From a virus, in the IMG/VR virus record IMGVR_UViG_3300008116_000011, positions 110,438-174,437 of that record: a DNA stretch of 64,000 bases; one strand, given 5' to 3'. The notes below the pieces were generated by a model. It was not told where the DNA came from. It did not search any database and saw only the letters and a program-made list of their open reading frames with translations. Positions within the stretch are counted from its first letter, which is position 1. The number at the start of each line of letters is the position of its first letter. Below are positions 45,998-55,390 of the stretch, one piece after another. A program made the position numbers and the translations under genes.

Positions 45998-47860
45998 TTA
46001 TATATCTTTGATATTTGATTCGTCGAGCAATGAAGAATTGTTACCCTTTTGATCAAATACATTAGACTTTTTAAACATTTCCTCAAGCATCTTTTTATTT
46101 TGAGCATATACCGCTTTAGTATTTTCTAAAGCTAGTGGTGAACCACCTTTAGGTTCAGGAGCTCTAGCAGAATCCGGGTGAAGATCTACTTCTTTACCTA
46201 ATGGATCCTTACCTAACACGCGCTTTTGAGTGTTATAAACAGATGTTTTCTCTTGAGGACGCCCAATAGGGTTAGTCTCATCATAGGCAGGCGGTACTCC
46301 GACCCCGTTACGACCTTTACCATACAATGAGGCTAAATCATGTGGCGTTCCATATGATTGTCCACTAGTTAACGGGTCATTTCCTTCGTTTTCAATTTGT
46401 GATAGACGGAACATGCGTTTTTTATCTTCAACTACTAAATCACGCATTTCCTCATATTTGTCATCACTCATATGGAATAGATAATCATAAATGTAGTCAG
46501 TTGGGAACAAACTAGCATCCATAATATTTTTAGCTAAGTCAACCTTTTCTTTCATCAACGCAATTCTTTCTTGATCGTAAACGATAGAAGGAGTCGTTAA
46601 TTCTAATTCAAAGTTTGTTAAATTCTCATCAGTATAACCTTGAGAATATAAATGTACTAACGCGATTTTAGTTAATTCACTAACAACAATACGTTGTATA
46701 CGCTCAATTGTACGAGCAAAACGAATATCTTGTTGTGCTAGTGTAGATTTACCTTCAACATCAGCTTCATATCCTAAGAATGCCTTAGGAACTTTCATAG
46801 CAGCTAACATTTTATCTCTTAAATAAACAACATCTTCAATTGCATTATACTCAAGACCAGGTAATGTATCAATTTTAGTATTTGTATTTCCACCTCTAAC
46901 TGGTATGTAGAAATCTTCATTTACATTCATCATGTTATAACGAAGGTTATATTCACCAGTTTTAGGATCAGTAAATGGAGTACGTTGAGTTTGTGTTTTC
47001 AACTTTTCCATAAACTGAGGGATTTCGTTTGGTGGAATGTTTCCGGTATCAACGTAGTAAACACGGCGTTGAGGTGCTCTCAAAATACGGTGAATTAACA
47101 TTGCATCTTCCATCAATGCTAATTGCTTAAATATTTTACGAGCAGGTTCAATATATGAACGACCATAAGGAAGGAAATTATAATCTCCTAATAGTCTAAA
47201 GTTTGCTATTTCAAAGTTTTGGAATACAACATCGTTATCTGATGATGGGCTTATAATTCCAGAGTATGCAGCGTTTGGTGACACTTTAAATTGCACATAT
47301 GCTGGATTTTTAGGGTCAAGTCCTTCTTCTCTAATTACATTATACACATTGAGAGGAATTACTTGATAAACACCATATTTTTCTGCAATGTGGAGGTGTA
47401 GATATAAGTCACCGTATTTACACATTGAGCGAACCCAACCCCAAAGATTAAATTCAATATTTAATACATCATAGAATAGATTGTATAATATTCTTTGAAT
47501 ATTTTCGTCAGGTGATTTGATAGCTAATACTTCACCAGCACCATTTTTAAGTGTAGATTCATCAGCTACAATATCTAATACAGAAGCTACGATTGGATCA
47601 CCATCCATTACTTCGTAGTCATTATATAATTGAGGTCTTAATACAGTATAATTAGAATAAGGAGCATTACCAACATAAGTACCTAAACCACCAGTATATA
47701 TGCGTTGGTACCTGTCAGGGTACATGTTTGTTTGTACAACTCCTGTTGATTGTATATGGTCGGTATCAATTACTGTTACTTGACTACCTCCAACATTGCG
47801 TATAATTACGTCAGTTGAAAATAATCGTTTGAGTCTACCAAATAAAGATGTGTCTATCAT
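45998..47860 (-). CDS. Portal protein (gp20-like); start probably MIDT at 47860
   Basis: PYGRS..E.AR, MEDAMLIHR..RAP.RRVYY.D.GN.P, EDFYIPVRG, IDTLPG. Confidence 0.95.
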   Translation of the reverse strand: MIDTSLFGRLKRLFSTDVIIRNVGGSQVTVIDTDHIQSTGVVQTNMYPDRYQRIYTGGLGTYVGNAPYSNYTVLRPQLYNDYEVMDGDPIVASVLDIVADESTLKNGAGEVLAIKSPDENIQRILYNLFYDVLNIEFNLWGWVRSMCKYGDLYLHLHIAEKYGVYQVIPLNVYNVIREEGLDPKNPAYVQFKVSPNAAYSGIISPSSDNDVVFQNFEIANFRLLGDYNFLPYGRSYIEPARKIFKQLALMEDAMLIHRILRAPQRRVYYVDTGNIPPNEIPQFMEKLKTQTQRTPFTDPKTGEYNLRYNMMNVNEDFYIPVRGGNTNTKIDTLPGLEYNAIEDVVYLRDKMLAAMKVPKAFLGYEADVEGKSTLAQQDIRFARTIERIQRIVVSELTKIALVHLYSQGYTDENLTNFELELTTPSIVYDQERIALMKEKVDLAKNIMDASLFPTDYIYDYLFHMSDDKYEEMRDLVVEDKKRMFRLSQIENEGNDPLTSGQSYGTPHDLASLYGKGRNGVGVPPAYDETNPIGRPQEKTSVYNTQKRVLGKDPLGKEVDLHPDSARAPEPKGGSPLALENTKAVYAQNKKMLEEMFKKSNVFDQKGNNSSLLDESNIKDI

Positions 47861-47874
47861 GTGTATAAATATTT

Positions 47875-49455
47875 TTATCCTAATAACCAACTAATATCTT
47901 CAGATCCATGGTCAGTAGGTATTTTATAAGGATTTGGTCGTCCACCACCAAAAGCATTATATGAATTCATATGTCCCCTGTCAACTGAAAAACCAGACAT
48001 TATTGCTCTGTCTTGTTCTATATTACTTTTTCTAAATCTTAATGCAGTATCGCGCAAATATAGTCCCATAGAAAATGACATTACTAAATCATCATTGTAT
48101 CCATCTTGAGCTTGTGCTTTACTATTTTTCCAAATGAAAACCTTCATTTCTTCTATTAATCGTTTTGAGCGTATCACACATGATTTTTCATGAGCGTATT
48201 CTCTAAATTTTTCAATCATTAATGGTCTAGTTTTTACAGATGTTGTAAAACCAGCTACTAGATTATTATTATTCTCATATCGTCTAGCCCATTGGTCAGA
48301 TGTCATTGCATCTTGTTTTGGAGAGTAATACAAATTTCTATATCCTCTATCAATAGCTGTTTGTACTGTATCCCAACCTACGTTAGCATTTTCTATTGAT
48401 AATAAAGCATCATTATATTCTGCTGCTAAACCTACTAACATATGTCCATAATCACGAGTACCAATTTGGCCTCTATATTCTGCTACTTGAGTTGCTGATT
48501 CGACATCAAAAACATGACATGCAGAATAATCTTTTCCATCTCCTCTAGCTACGTCGGCTACTACTAAGTAACTTTTATTATAATCTGGTTGTTCCCATAT
48601 CCATAAGTTACCATCTACTCCTCTTTTTTCAAGAGGATCCATCATATTAGCTTCAAACCAACCTATAATTTCAGGCTCAAATACTGTATCACCTGATGTT
48701 GCAAAGTCACAATCACACTCTTGAGCAGCTAATCTAATTCCTAAATCATTATCTTGTCTATCTCTCCAAATTTGATCTCTTTCGGGGTGTACACTCCAAG
48801 GTAATCTAATAGGTACAAATGAATTATCTCCAATTTCTGATTTTTGCCATGTTTGGTGAAACCAGTTACCTGTGCCATTGGGGGTAGATAATGCTATACA
48901 ACCACCACCCGTAGCTAATGTTTGTTGAGCAGAAGCAAATATTTCATCAATGTTTTCAATGAACGCAGCCTCATCTATTATAAGTAAAGATACAGCTTCA
49001 GATCTACCAGCATCACCTGCTGCTGAAACTGCTTTTACTTGAGACCCATTTGCCAATTTAAGTAAAAGTTTATTGTTCTCCAAAGGTTTTTCAACCCCCT
49101 TTAGCCATGAAGGTAGATTATCGTACATAAATCGTACTTTAGTAACCATGTTTTTAGCTGTGTCTTGTTTAGTTGCGATACACAACACGTTTTTATCTTT
49201 ATGGAATAACATCATCCATAAAGAGAAACCAGCTACAAGAGTAGAGATACCTAACTGGCGAGATTTAAGTACTATATTATAGTTATTTTTCTGGAATTGG
49301 TATAATACTTTTTCTTGGAAAGGATATAAGTTAAATTGTATGCGACCCCTAGTTGGGTGTTGAATCATACAATATTTCTTCATGAAATGGGCAGGATCAG
49401 TCATACATTTAATGTATTCCTGCTTGATTATGTCTTTAATATTTTGATCGCTCAT
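47875..49455 (-). CDS. Terminase large subunit (gp17-like)
   Basis: KSRQLGIST, LIIDEAAF, STPNG, ADVARG.G.DYS, DDLVMS. Confidence 0.96.
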   Translation of the reverse strand: MSDQNIKDIIKQEYIKCMTDPAHFMKKYCMIQHPTRGRIQFNLYPFQEKVLYQFQKNNYNIVLKSRQLGISTLVAGFSLWMMLFHKDKNVLCIATKQDTAKNMVTKVRFMYDNLPSWLKGVEKPLENNKLLLKLANGSQVKAVSAAGDAGRSEAVSLLIIDEAAFIENIDEIFASAQQTLATGGGCIALSTPNGTGNWFHQTWQKSEIGDNSFVPIRLPWSVHPERDQIWRDRQDNDLGIRLAAQECDCDFATSGDTVFEPEIIGWFEANMMDPLEKRGVDGNLWIWEQPDYNKSYLVVADVARGDGKDYSACHVFDVESATQVAEYRGQIGTRDYGHMLVGLAAEYNDALLSIENANVGWDTVQTAIDRGYRNLYYSPKQDAMTSDQWARRYENNNNLVAGFTTSVKTRPLMIEKFREYAHEKSCVIRSKRLIEEMKVFIWKNSKAQAQDGYNDDLVMSFSMGLYLRDTALRFRKSNIEQDRAIMSGFSVDRGHMNSYNAFGGGRPNPYKIPTDHGSEDISWLLG

Positions 49456-49483
49456 TAGCGCGTTTATATATAAATATATAATT

Positions 49484-49514
49484 AAAAAAAAAGCTCAACC
49501 TTTGTTGATTGAGC
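49484..49514 (-). terminator. Intrinsic terminator-like hairpin
   Basis: gctcaa/ttgagc stem followed by U9 on the minus strand. Confidence 0.65.
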
Positions 49515-49545
49515 CTATCGTATGGGCATGCAAGAGATGTTAATT

Positions 49546-50544
49546 TTAATCTTCATAATAAGGTTCTTCCTCATAATCTTCAGGAGGTTGTTCTTCATTA
49601 TTTATTCTATCCATTTCTTTAATAGCATATGCTTTAGCATCTTCTATACTATCAAACATTTCTGAGTCTTTAACTTTAGCATTTACTTCATCAGAACGCA
49701 CCATGTATTTTTTATTAGGAAATTTAAATATAATAACAAGATGGTAATCATTTTGCCATGCTATATTATATGAATAAGGGCGTTCATAATATCCTATAAC
49801 AACTCCATCTACTGGGTCGTAATATTCTTCCCCAATATCTGTGCTATCTGCTTTCCAACTATCTGGGAGTGAAATATTAAGAAGATTTTCTGGTTTAGCT
49901 ATAGATGTAGTAGGTACAATTTTAGATTCATTGGTACCAGCATATTCTTGAGCAGCATCTGCTAAAGAGTCTGATACTGCTTCTCTATCACTAGTATCAT
50001 AATCTATGCCCCAAAAAGTATAAATAATTCCATATGATGTTGCTATTTTATCATCATACTCTTCTTTATCTATATCACTTAGATTATTATATCTATCATC
50101 AGGTATAGTCCACTCATCTTCAGTCTTATTATAAGTAAATCCAGCATCTAATAAATTTTTAACTAATTGAGGAGCAAAGTTATCCATTACTCTAAAGTGA
50201 GTAATTATGTTAGTATAATCTGTAATAGTGTCTACAATGTTTTCTTCATCATTACTAGAATCCTCCTCAATTATATCTATTAAAGAATCTGCTATATCGT
50301 TGTTTACTTGAGGACTATCAACTGTTTCTTTAAATCCTCGATAAAGAATATCATTACTATCTATTTCATTAAAATATTCTTGTTTAGTATCTGCAATAAT
50401 ATTTATTATATTTTGAATATCATTTCCTGTAAATCCATATTTTTTTAGAGTAAACAGTTTATTATTACCAGGTACAACTCTAGCCTCATTAATACCTGCT
50501 AATTTTTGCAAACGTTGAGCTTCTACTATGAATTGTTTTTTCAT
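49546..50544 (-). CDS. Acidic two-module putative cargo polyprotein
   Basis: Leader ..EAQRLQKLAGINE-ARVVP and internal TNE-SKIVP at residue 206. Confidence 0.65.
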   Translation of the reverse strand: MKKQFIVEAQRLQKLAGINEARVVPGNNKLFTLKKYGFTGNDIQNIINIIADTKQEYFNEIDSNDILYRGFKETVDSPQVNNDIADSLIDIIEEDSSNDEENIVDTITDYTNIITHFRVMDNFAPQLVKNLLDAGFTYNKTEDEWTIPDDRYNNLSDIDKEEYDDKIATSYGIIYTFWGIDYDTSDREAVSDSLADAAQEYAGTNESKIVPTTSIAKPENLLNISLPDSWKADSTDIGEEYYDPVDGVVIGYYERPYSYNIAWQNDYHLVIIFKFPNKKYMVRSDEVNAKVKDSEMFDSIEDAKAYAIKEMDRINNEEQPPEDYEEEPYYED

Positions 50545-50545
50545 T

Positions 50546-51217
50546 TTATTTAACTAGTAAAAATGTTAATCCGCCTATTGCTAAACCTGCTCCTATTTTA
50601 GTTAATTGCATTTTAAGCTTTAATTTTTTATTTTGTGTTTGAAGTTGATCATATTGTTCTTGCCAATCTTTAATTTGTTTTTCACGTACAGCAATCATAA
50701 TTTTATTATTAGAATCTTTTTCTTCAAATTTCATTATAATACTGTCTTTAACAAATATTCTTTCTTCGTTTAAAGCAATAACACTATCTTTTATTACTAG
50801 TGTTTGTTTAGCTCCATCTAATTCAACTAAATCTTTAGCAGCAGCTACAAGTACTGGTTGTGCTACTGGGAGTGGATTTGTAATTGTATCTTCTGGGTAG
50901 CGATTATTGAATGAAGTAATGAGTTCAGTTTCAGAATATGTGTCAATTTTGCCTTTAGATGAATCAACCCATTTAGTAACAACAATAACTTTGGCTTTAA
51001 CTTTACTTAATTGATTTTGTAAATCATATTCAAGATGTTCTAAAGCACCTATTTGTAATTCTTTTTGATGATTGTCTTCTTTTAAAGAATCAACAACATA
51101 ATTTAAACTATCTTGTGTATTTTTAAATTCAACAAATAAACTGTTATCGTTACATTTGTTTACAAAAATCCAAGCTAATAAAACTACAACAACTAATGGT
51201 AAAACTAATTTTTTCAT
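50546..51217 (-). CDS. Membrane-anchored coiled-coil protein (spanin-like candidate)
   Basis: N-terminal hydrophobic segment followed by Cys, coiled coil, C-terminal hydrophobic segment. Confidence 0.5.
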   Translation of the reverse strand: MKKLVLPLVVVVLLAWIFVNKCNDNSLFVEFKNTQDSLNYVVDSLKEDNHQKELQIGALEHLEYDLQNQLSKVKAKVIVVTKWVDSSKGKIDTYSETELITSFNNRYPEDTITNPLPVAQPVLVAAAKDLVELDGAKQTLVIKDSVIALNEERIFVKDSIIMKFEEKDSNNKIMIAVREKQIKDWQEQYDQLQTQNKKLKLKMQLTKIGAGLAIGGLTFLLVK

Positions 51218-51220
51218 ATA

Positions 51221-52348
51221 TTATCCTTTATAATTTACAAGTTTAATCATACGCTCGTATACATTCTCATAATCTTTAAATGTAGGTTCATAACTAACAT
51301 CTTCAACACCAGTATCTTCCATAATCTCTTCATCATCTGTGTCTATAATTTCTTCATCAGATTTTTCTTCAGGTGGAAGTGTAGGTTCAATAGATTTTCC
51401 TAACTTTTTAGCAATTATATTATATAATTTATTAGCATTTACAGAATCAAATTTAAAACCTAAAATTTCAAGTACTTTATCTTGTACTTCCGGTTCTAGT
51501 TGTTTGATTTTTATTACTAATTCTTCAAGTTTTTTATTTAAAATTTGTATAGATGATTCTTTACTTTGTTGTAGTGCTCTTTTATAATCAGCAGCACTTA
51601 ATTCGTCTCCATTATCTTCACGAAGTTCAGTAATACGAGCTCTAGAGTTTTTATATAATGAAACAATACTTTGAATTAAATCTCCATTATCAACTGTAAA
51701 CACAGTTGCTGATTGTGTTACAGGGTCAAAAGTAGTTTGAGATTTTTCTAAAGAACCCATATCAGGTTCTGTTTCTGGTTCAAAATCAGGAACATCTGTT
51801 ACTTCAGTGTCATCTATTTCTGCTCCTCCTTCAAAATCCTCTTCATCATCTGCTTCATATCCACCTTCAATTTCTTCTTCGTCACCTCCAGGAGTAGTAG
51901 TTGATGTAAAAACACCAGCATCACGTAATGCAGCGAGAACAGGATATAGTCGACGCATTTCTAAGCCATATTCTTGGGCTATTTTAGAAAAAGTAGTAGT
52001 ATTATTACCATCAGCAAGCATAGCATCAAGAATATCTAAAATACCGTTTAATTTAGTAGGACTTATTGGACCTCCTGTTTGTACATTTTCTGCTTTACTT
52101 CTAAAATCAGTAGCAATAGTAAATTCTTCAGCAGGACGTGCTAATTCAGTTACATTTAATTCTTCTAGTTCAACAGAACCACCAGCTCTAAGAGTTTTTT
52201 CAATATCTGTTCTTTCATCAGGTTTTAAAGTATTCCAATCTGGATCCCTTTTAGCAGGGTTAACAGCATTTTTTCCTGCATATCTTAGTTCACTTAATTT
52301 TGTACGGATTCGATCTTTAATATATTCTTTTAATTCGCTTTTTTTCAT
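51221..52348 (-). CDS. Acidic putative head-internal protein
   Basis: MKKSELKEYIK leader; C-terminal YERMIKLVNY resembles the scaffold tail. Confidence 0.55.
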   Translation of the reverse strand: MKKSELKEYIKDRIRTKLSELRYAGKNAVNPAKRDPDWNTLKPDERTDIEKTLRAGGSVELEELNVTELARPAEEFTIATDFRSKAENVQTGGPISPTKLNGILDILDAMLADGNNTTTFSKIAQEYGLEMRRLYPVLAALRDAGVFTSTTTPGGDEEEIEGGYEADDEEDFEGGAEIDDTEVTDVPDFEPETEPDMGSLEKSQTTFDPVTQSATVFTVDNGDLIQSIVSLYKNSRARITELREDNGDELSAADYKRALQQSKESSIQILNKKLEELVIKIKQLEPEVQDKVLEILGFKFDSVNANKLYNIIAKKLGKSIEPTLPPEEKSDEEIIDTDDEEIMEDTGVEDVSYEPTFKDYENVYERMIKLVNYKG

Positions 52349-52367
52349 TGTTTGTAGTTTGTGTCTG

Positions 52368-52898
52368 CTATAAATATTTATTTACTGTTTCTAATATGGT
52401 TTTGATACGTTCTTCTGTGGTTCCTTCAATTTCTATTAGACGATGTGGTGGATATTCGTTAAGCAGTTCGCGTATAGTATTATCAATTTTAACTCTATAT
52501 GCTAAATCTGTTGTTCTTACACCATTATCTTCAACAGGTACACCACGAGGACTGACATAAAATACAAAATCATATTGATCTTTTAACAACATAGCAGCAT
52601 CTACTAGTATTGTTTTATTAAGTTCACTTATTGATAATGCGTTTTTAGTAAAAGCACATACATCCCATATAGTACGATCAGTTAATACATTTTCACGTAA
52701 TACCTCACTAGCTCTCTCGGCCAAAAATATAATTTGGCCGGGAGTAGTAGAGTCAGTATTTAATGGAATTCCTAGATCACTTAAATATTTGCTACGTTCA
52801 GTAGCTATATAATAATCTTTAAATTGAGGTAATTCACTTAGTGCTTTTACTAACGTAGTTTTACCTACACTCATTGTTCCTGCAAATCCTATTTTCAT
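52368..52898 (-). CDS. P-loop kinase (AAA_28/NadR-like)
   Basis: GTMSVGKTTL, TDRT..D, EDNGVR. Confidence 0.8.
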   Translation of the reverse strand: MKIGFAGTMSVGKTTLVKALSELPQFKDYYIATERSKYLSDLGIPLNTDSTTPGQIIFLAERASEVLRENVLTDRTIWDVCAFTKNALSISELNKTILVDAAMLLKDQYDFVFYVSPRGVPVEDNGVRTTDLAYRVKIDNTIRELLNEYPPHRLIEIEGTTEERIKTILETVNKYL

Positions 52899-53179
52899 TA
52901 TAAACGAGTTTTAAATAATGGGTTTTTAGCTGGTGGTAATCCTGTGTGGTGGCGTTTTAGGTCTTTAAGTACTTCTGAATTATTACCTTGATATATTCCA
53001 AAGAAATAATATTCCTTTTTATTGTTTGGAGTAATCAATGCTGGTCCTTCAGTGCTATGAAGTACCCAGATTTTTTCATTTGCTTTAGGATCGTTTTTGT
53101 CCATAACATCATGACCTAAGCGTGTTGTTTGAAATAAAAATAAAGTGTGTCCATCAGTTGTTTTTACTACTTTTTCCAT
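52898..53179 (-). CDS. Hypothetical protein
   Basis: LHS.EGPA...KEYY.FG motif. Confidence 0.6.
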   Translation of the reverse strand: MEKVVKTTDGHTLFLFQTTRLGHDVMDKNDPKANEKIWVLHSTEGPALITPNNKKEYYFFGIYQGNNSEVLKDLKRHHTGLPPAKNPLFKTRL

Positions 53180-53429
53180 TTTGTCTTTCGTTTATTTTTT
53201 TCATTTGTTTTGCTATCTTCTTTTGCTGTCTAACTTCTTTAGCTTGTTGTTTTAGCTTTTTTTCAGCACCTGCTTTATATTTGATATCTACTTCGATAGG
53301 TCCTTTATTGAATTTATCCAAATCAAATTTCCACGTTTCAATAGTAGTTTCATCTTCGTATACACGAGTAAATTTACGTGGAGCAGGTCCTTGTACTATT
53401 TCTTTTGGTCTACCTCTTCTTTCTTCCAT
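53154..53429 (-). CDS. Hypothetical basic protein with AT-hook-like RRGRPK
   Basis: ORF track; has its own class A promoter. Confidence 0.6.
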   Translation of the reverse strand: MEERRGRPKEIVQGPAPRKFTRVYEDETTIETWKFDLDKFNKGPIEVDIKYKAGAEKKLKQQAKEVRQQKKIAKQMKKINERQNGKSSKNN

Positions 53430-53433
53430 ATTA

Positions 53434-53464
53434 TAAAGGTATAATTATAAGTTTGGTATCCAAA
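53434..53464 (-). promoter_or_regulatory. Class A promoter
   Basis: TTTG(GATACC)-N19-TACCTTTA. Confidence 0.7.
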
Positions 53465-53466
53465 AT

Positions 53467-54807
53467 TTAAATGTTCATATTCATTAGATCAATAAGTATT
53501 TCTTTTCTAATTAAACTCTCAGCTACATAAATTCCTTGTGCACCGGATACAGTAATACCACGAGCGCTTAAGGCATCACCTACAAAGTGTACATCAGGAA
53601 ATGATGTTAATGATAGATCATGGTAATTAACTAAAGGCTCAGGTGATAGATATTTTACTTCAGGCATATAAATACCCCAATCATCTCCCATTTCAGGAAA
53701 TACTAATTGCATATCATCAATAAACTTCTTAATATGTTGAGCATATTCTTCACCAAAAGCTTCAAACAAAGGATCTAATGTATCTACAGGAACAGCAGAT
53801 ACTATACTACCTTCAGATGTAATTCCAGGTTGACGAGTATTATTAGGTGAATAATAAGTTCCAGTACCATTAATTTGAAGTTTTTTAACTGCCTCTCTAC
53901 TCCATTCAAATGGATTTTCAATACCCTTAATTTCCATCAATATACCAAAATTGGTCATATCGTTCCTGAATTCCTCTCCTTTTTTTGCGTGGCCATTATA
54001 ACTAATATTGCCATAAGTTTTTTCAACAGCCACATAAGCAGCGTTATTGTTAGTACAAAAACTACGAAGAGAAACGTTATCAAATTTCTGATAAAGCTTA
54101 AAATCATAGGATACATCAATTAATTTTTGAAAATATTTTTGTGGTGCTTCAAAACGAACTCCAATTTGTACTGATTTAGGTTCAGTAGGTAATTGATAGT
54201 CATTAGATAATTTTTGTGCAAAGTCAATACCTGATTTTCCTACAGCAAATATTAGTGTATCATAAGATACTCCTACTAGGTGAGAATGAAGTTTACGAAG
54301 CTGTATAATATTTTCTTTAAAATTGATTTTATAAACATCTGTATTCCAATGAAATGTAATACCTTTATCTAGTAAATATTGGTACCATGCTTTAGCAATT
54401 TCATGTAAATAATTAGAACCAATATGCCATACAGGAAACATTCTTAAACCAAAATATGGTTTAATAAATTCAGGTTCTTCCTCAGGATTAGACATGAATA
54501 TTTCTTCTGGTTTAGGGTGGAATCGTCTGAAATTAGATATTACCTGGTCCATTAATTCCATTGCTTTTTCTTCACCACAATATTTTGACAATTGACCTCC
54601 AATTGCTGTGTGGTAAGTTAATTTACCATCAGACCAACCGCCAGCACCTAACATACCTGTCATTACTTCTTCAGGTCTACGGTGATGTGGGTCATTACCT
54701 TTGTCAATAATAGTAATTAAATTACCAGGGTATCCCTTATCTACAAGTTTAGTTGCCGCGTTGATACCAGCTACGCCGGCTCCTACAATTACAATTCTTT
54801 TATCCAT
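53467..54807 (-). CDS. FAD-dependent oxidoreductase
   Basis: IVGAGVAG Rossmann motif, GAGGWSDGKL, IGVRFE, FVGD...RGI. Confidence 0.88.
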   Translation of the reverse strand: MDKRIVIVGAGVAGINAATKLVDKGYPGNLITIIDKGNDPHHRRPEEVMTGMLGAGGWSDGKLTYHTAIGGQLSKYCGEEKAMELMDQVISNFRRFHPKPEEIFMSNPEEEPEFIKPYFGLRMFPVWHIGSNYLHEIAKAWYQYLLDKGITFHWNTDVYKINFKENIIQLRKLHSHLVGVSYDTLIFAVGKSGIDFAQKLSNDYQLPTEPKSVQIGVRFEAPQKYFQKLIDVSYDFKLYQKFDNVSLRSFCTNNNAAYVAVEKTYGNISYNGHAKKGEEFRNDMTNFGILMEIKGIENPFEWSREAVKKLQINGTGTYYSPNNTRQPGITSEGSIVSAVPVDTLDPLFEAFGEEYAQHIKKFIDDMQLVFPEMGDDWGIYMPEVKYLSPEPLVNYHDLSLTSFPDVHFVGDALSARGITVSGAQGIYVAESLIRKEILIDLMNMNI

Positions 54808-55265
54808 ATCGGTTTATTGTTTAATTTATTCCAAGTTAAATTTTTAATTTTTACTTTATCTTCAATATAATAAGTTTTATATGCTTTGATAGTATCTTCG
54901 TTTTTATATTCCTCAGGCATTGCTTGTGGTGGTGGTGTAAATCCATTATCAGGAATATTTGGTTCATTATCACGACACCATTCAATTACATCTTGTGTTT
55001 TGTGATGTTTACCATAACGTTTAGTAAATTCATAACATACTTCAAGACCATGTTGTACAAGCCAACGATAATGTTGAATTGATTCACGTACCCATTTAGT
55101 TGATGGGTGATTAAAATGAGCACGTTTATAAGGTGCTTCACCACCAACAGCCCAATGAGTAGTACATAACATTTGTGCTGATTCAATTTGCATTTTGCGA
55201 ATGTGGTCATCACAAAGTTCTTGTGCAGCAATTATTGGATTGTCATTAATGTAAAATATATTCAT
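54789..55265 (-). CDS. Pyrimidine-dimer DNA glycosylase-like protein
   Basis: MNIF..D..P...A...CD.H..KM..E.AQML, HPST.W, PQAMP. Confidence 0.75.
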   Translation of the reverse strand: MNIFYINDNPIIAAQELCDDHIRKMQIESAQMLCTTHWAVGGEAPYKRAHFNHPSTKWVRESIQHYRWLVQHGLEVCYEFTKRYGKHHKTQDVIEWCRDNEPNIPDNGFTPPPQAMPEEYKNEDTIKAYKTYYIEDKVKIKNLTWNKLNNKPIWIKEL

Positions 55266-55270
55266 AATTT

Positions 55271-55301
55271 TAAATATATTAATTTTTATTCGGTTTCCAA
55301 A
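55271..55301 (-). promoter_or_regulatory. Class A promoter
   Basis: TTTG(GAAACC)-N19-TATATTTA. Confidence 0.7.
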
Positions 55302-55302
55302 T

Positions 55303-55328
55303 TAAAGAAGCCCACCATTATGGTGGGC
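55303..55328 (-). terminator. Terminator-like hairpin
   Basis: gcccacca/tggtgggc stem followed by TTCTTT on the minus strand. Confidence 0.65.
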
Positions 55329-55390
55329 CACTACTCCAAATTATTTTATCTCTTGCGAGCGAACAGGCAATGAATCTGTTCTATATGTTA

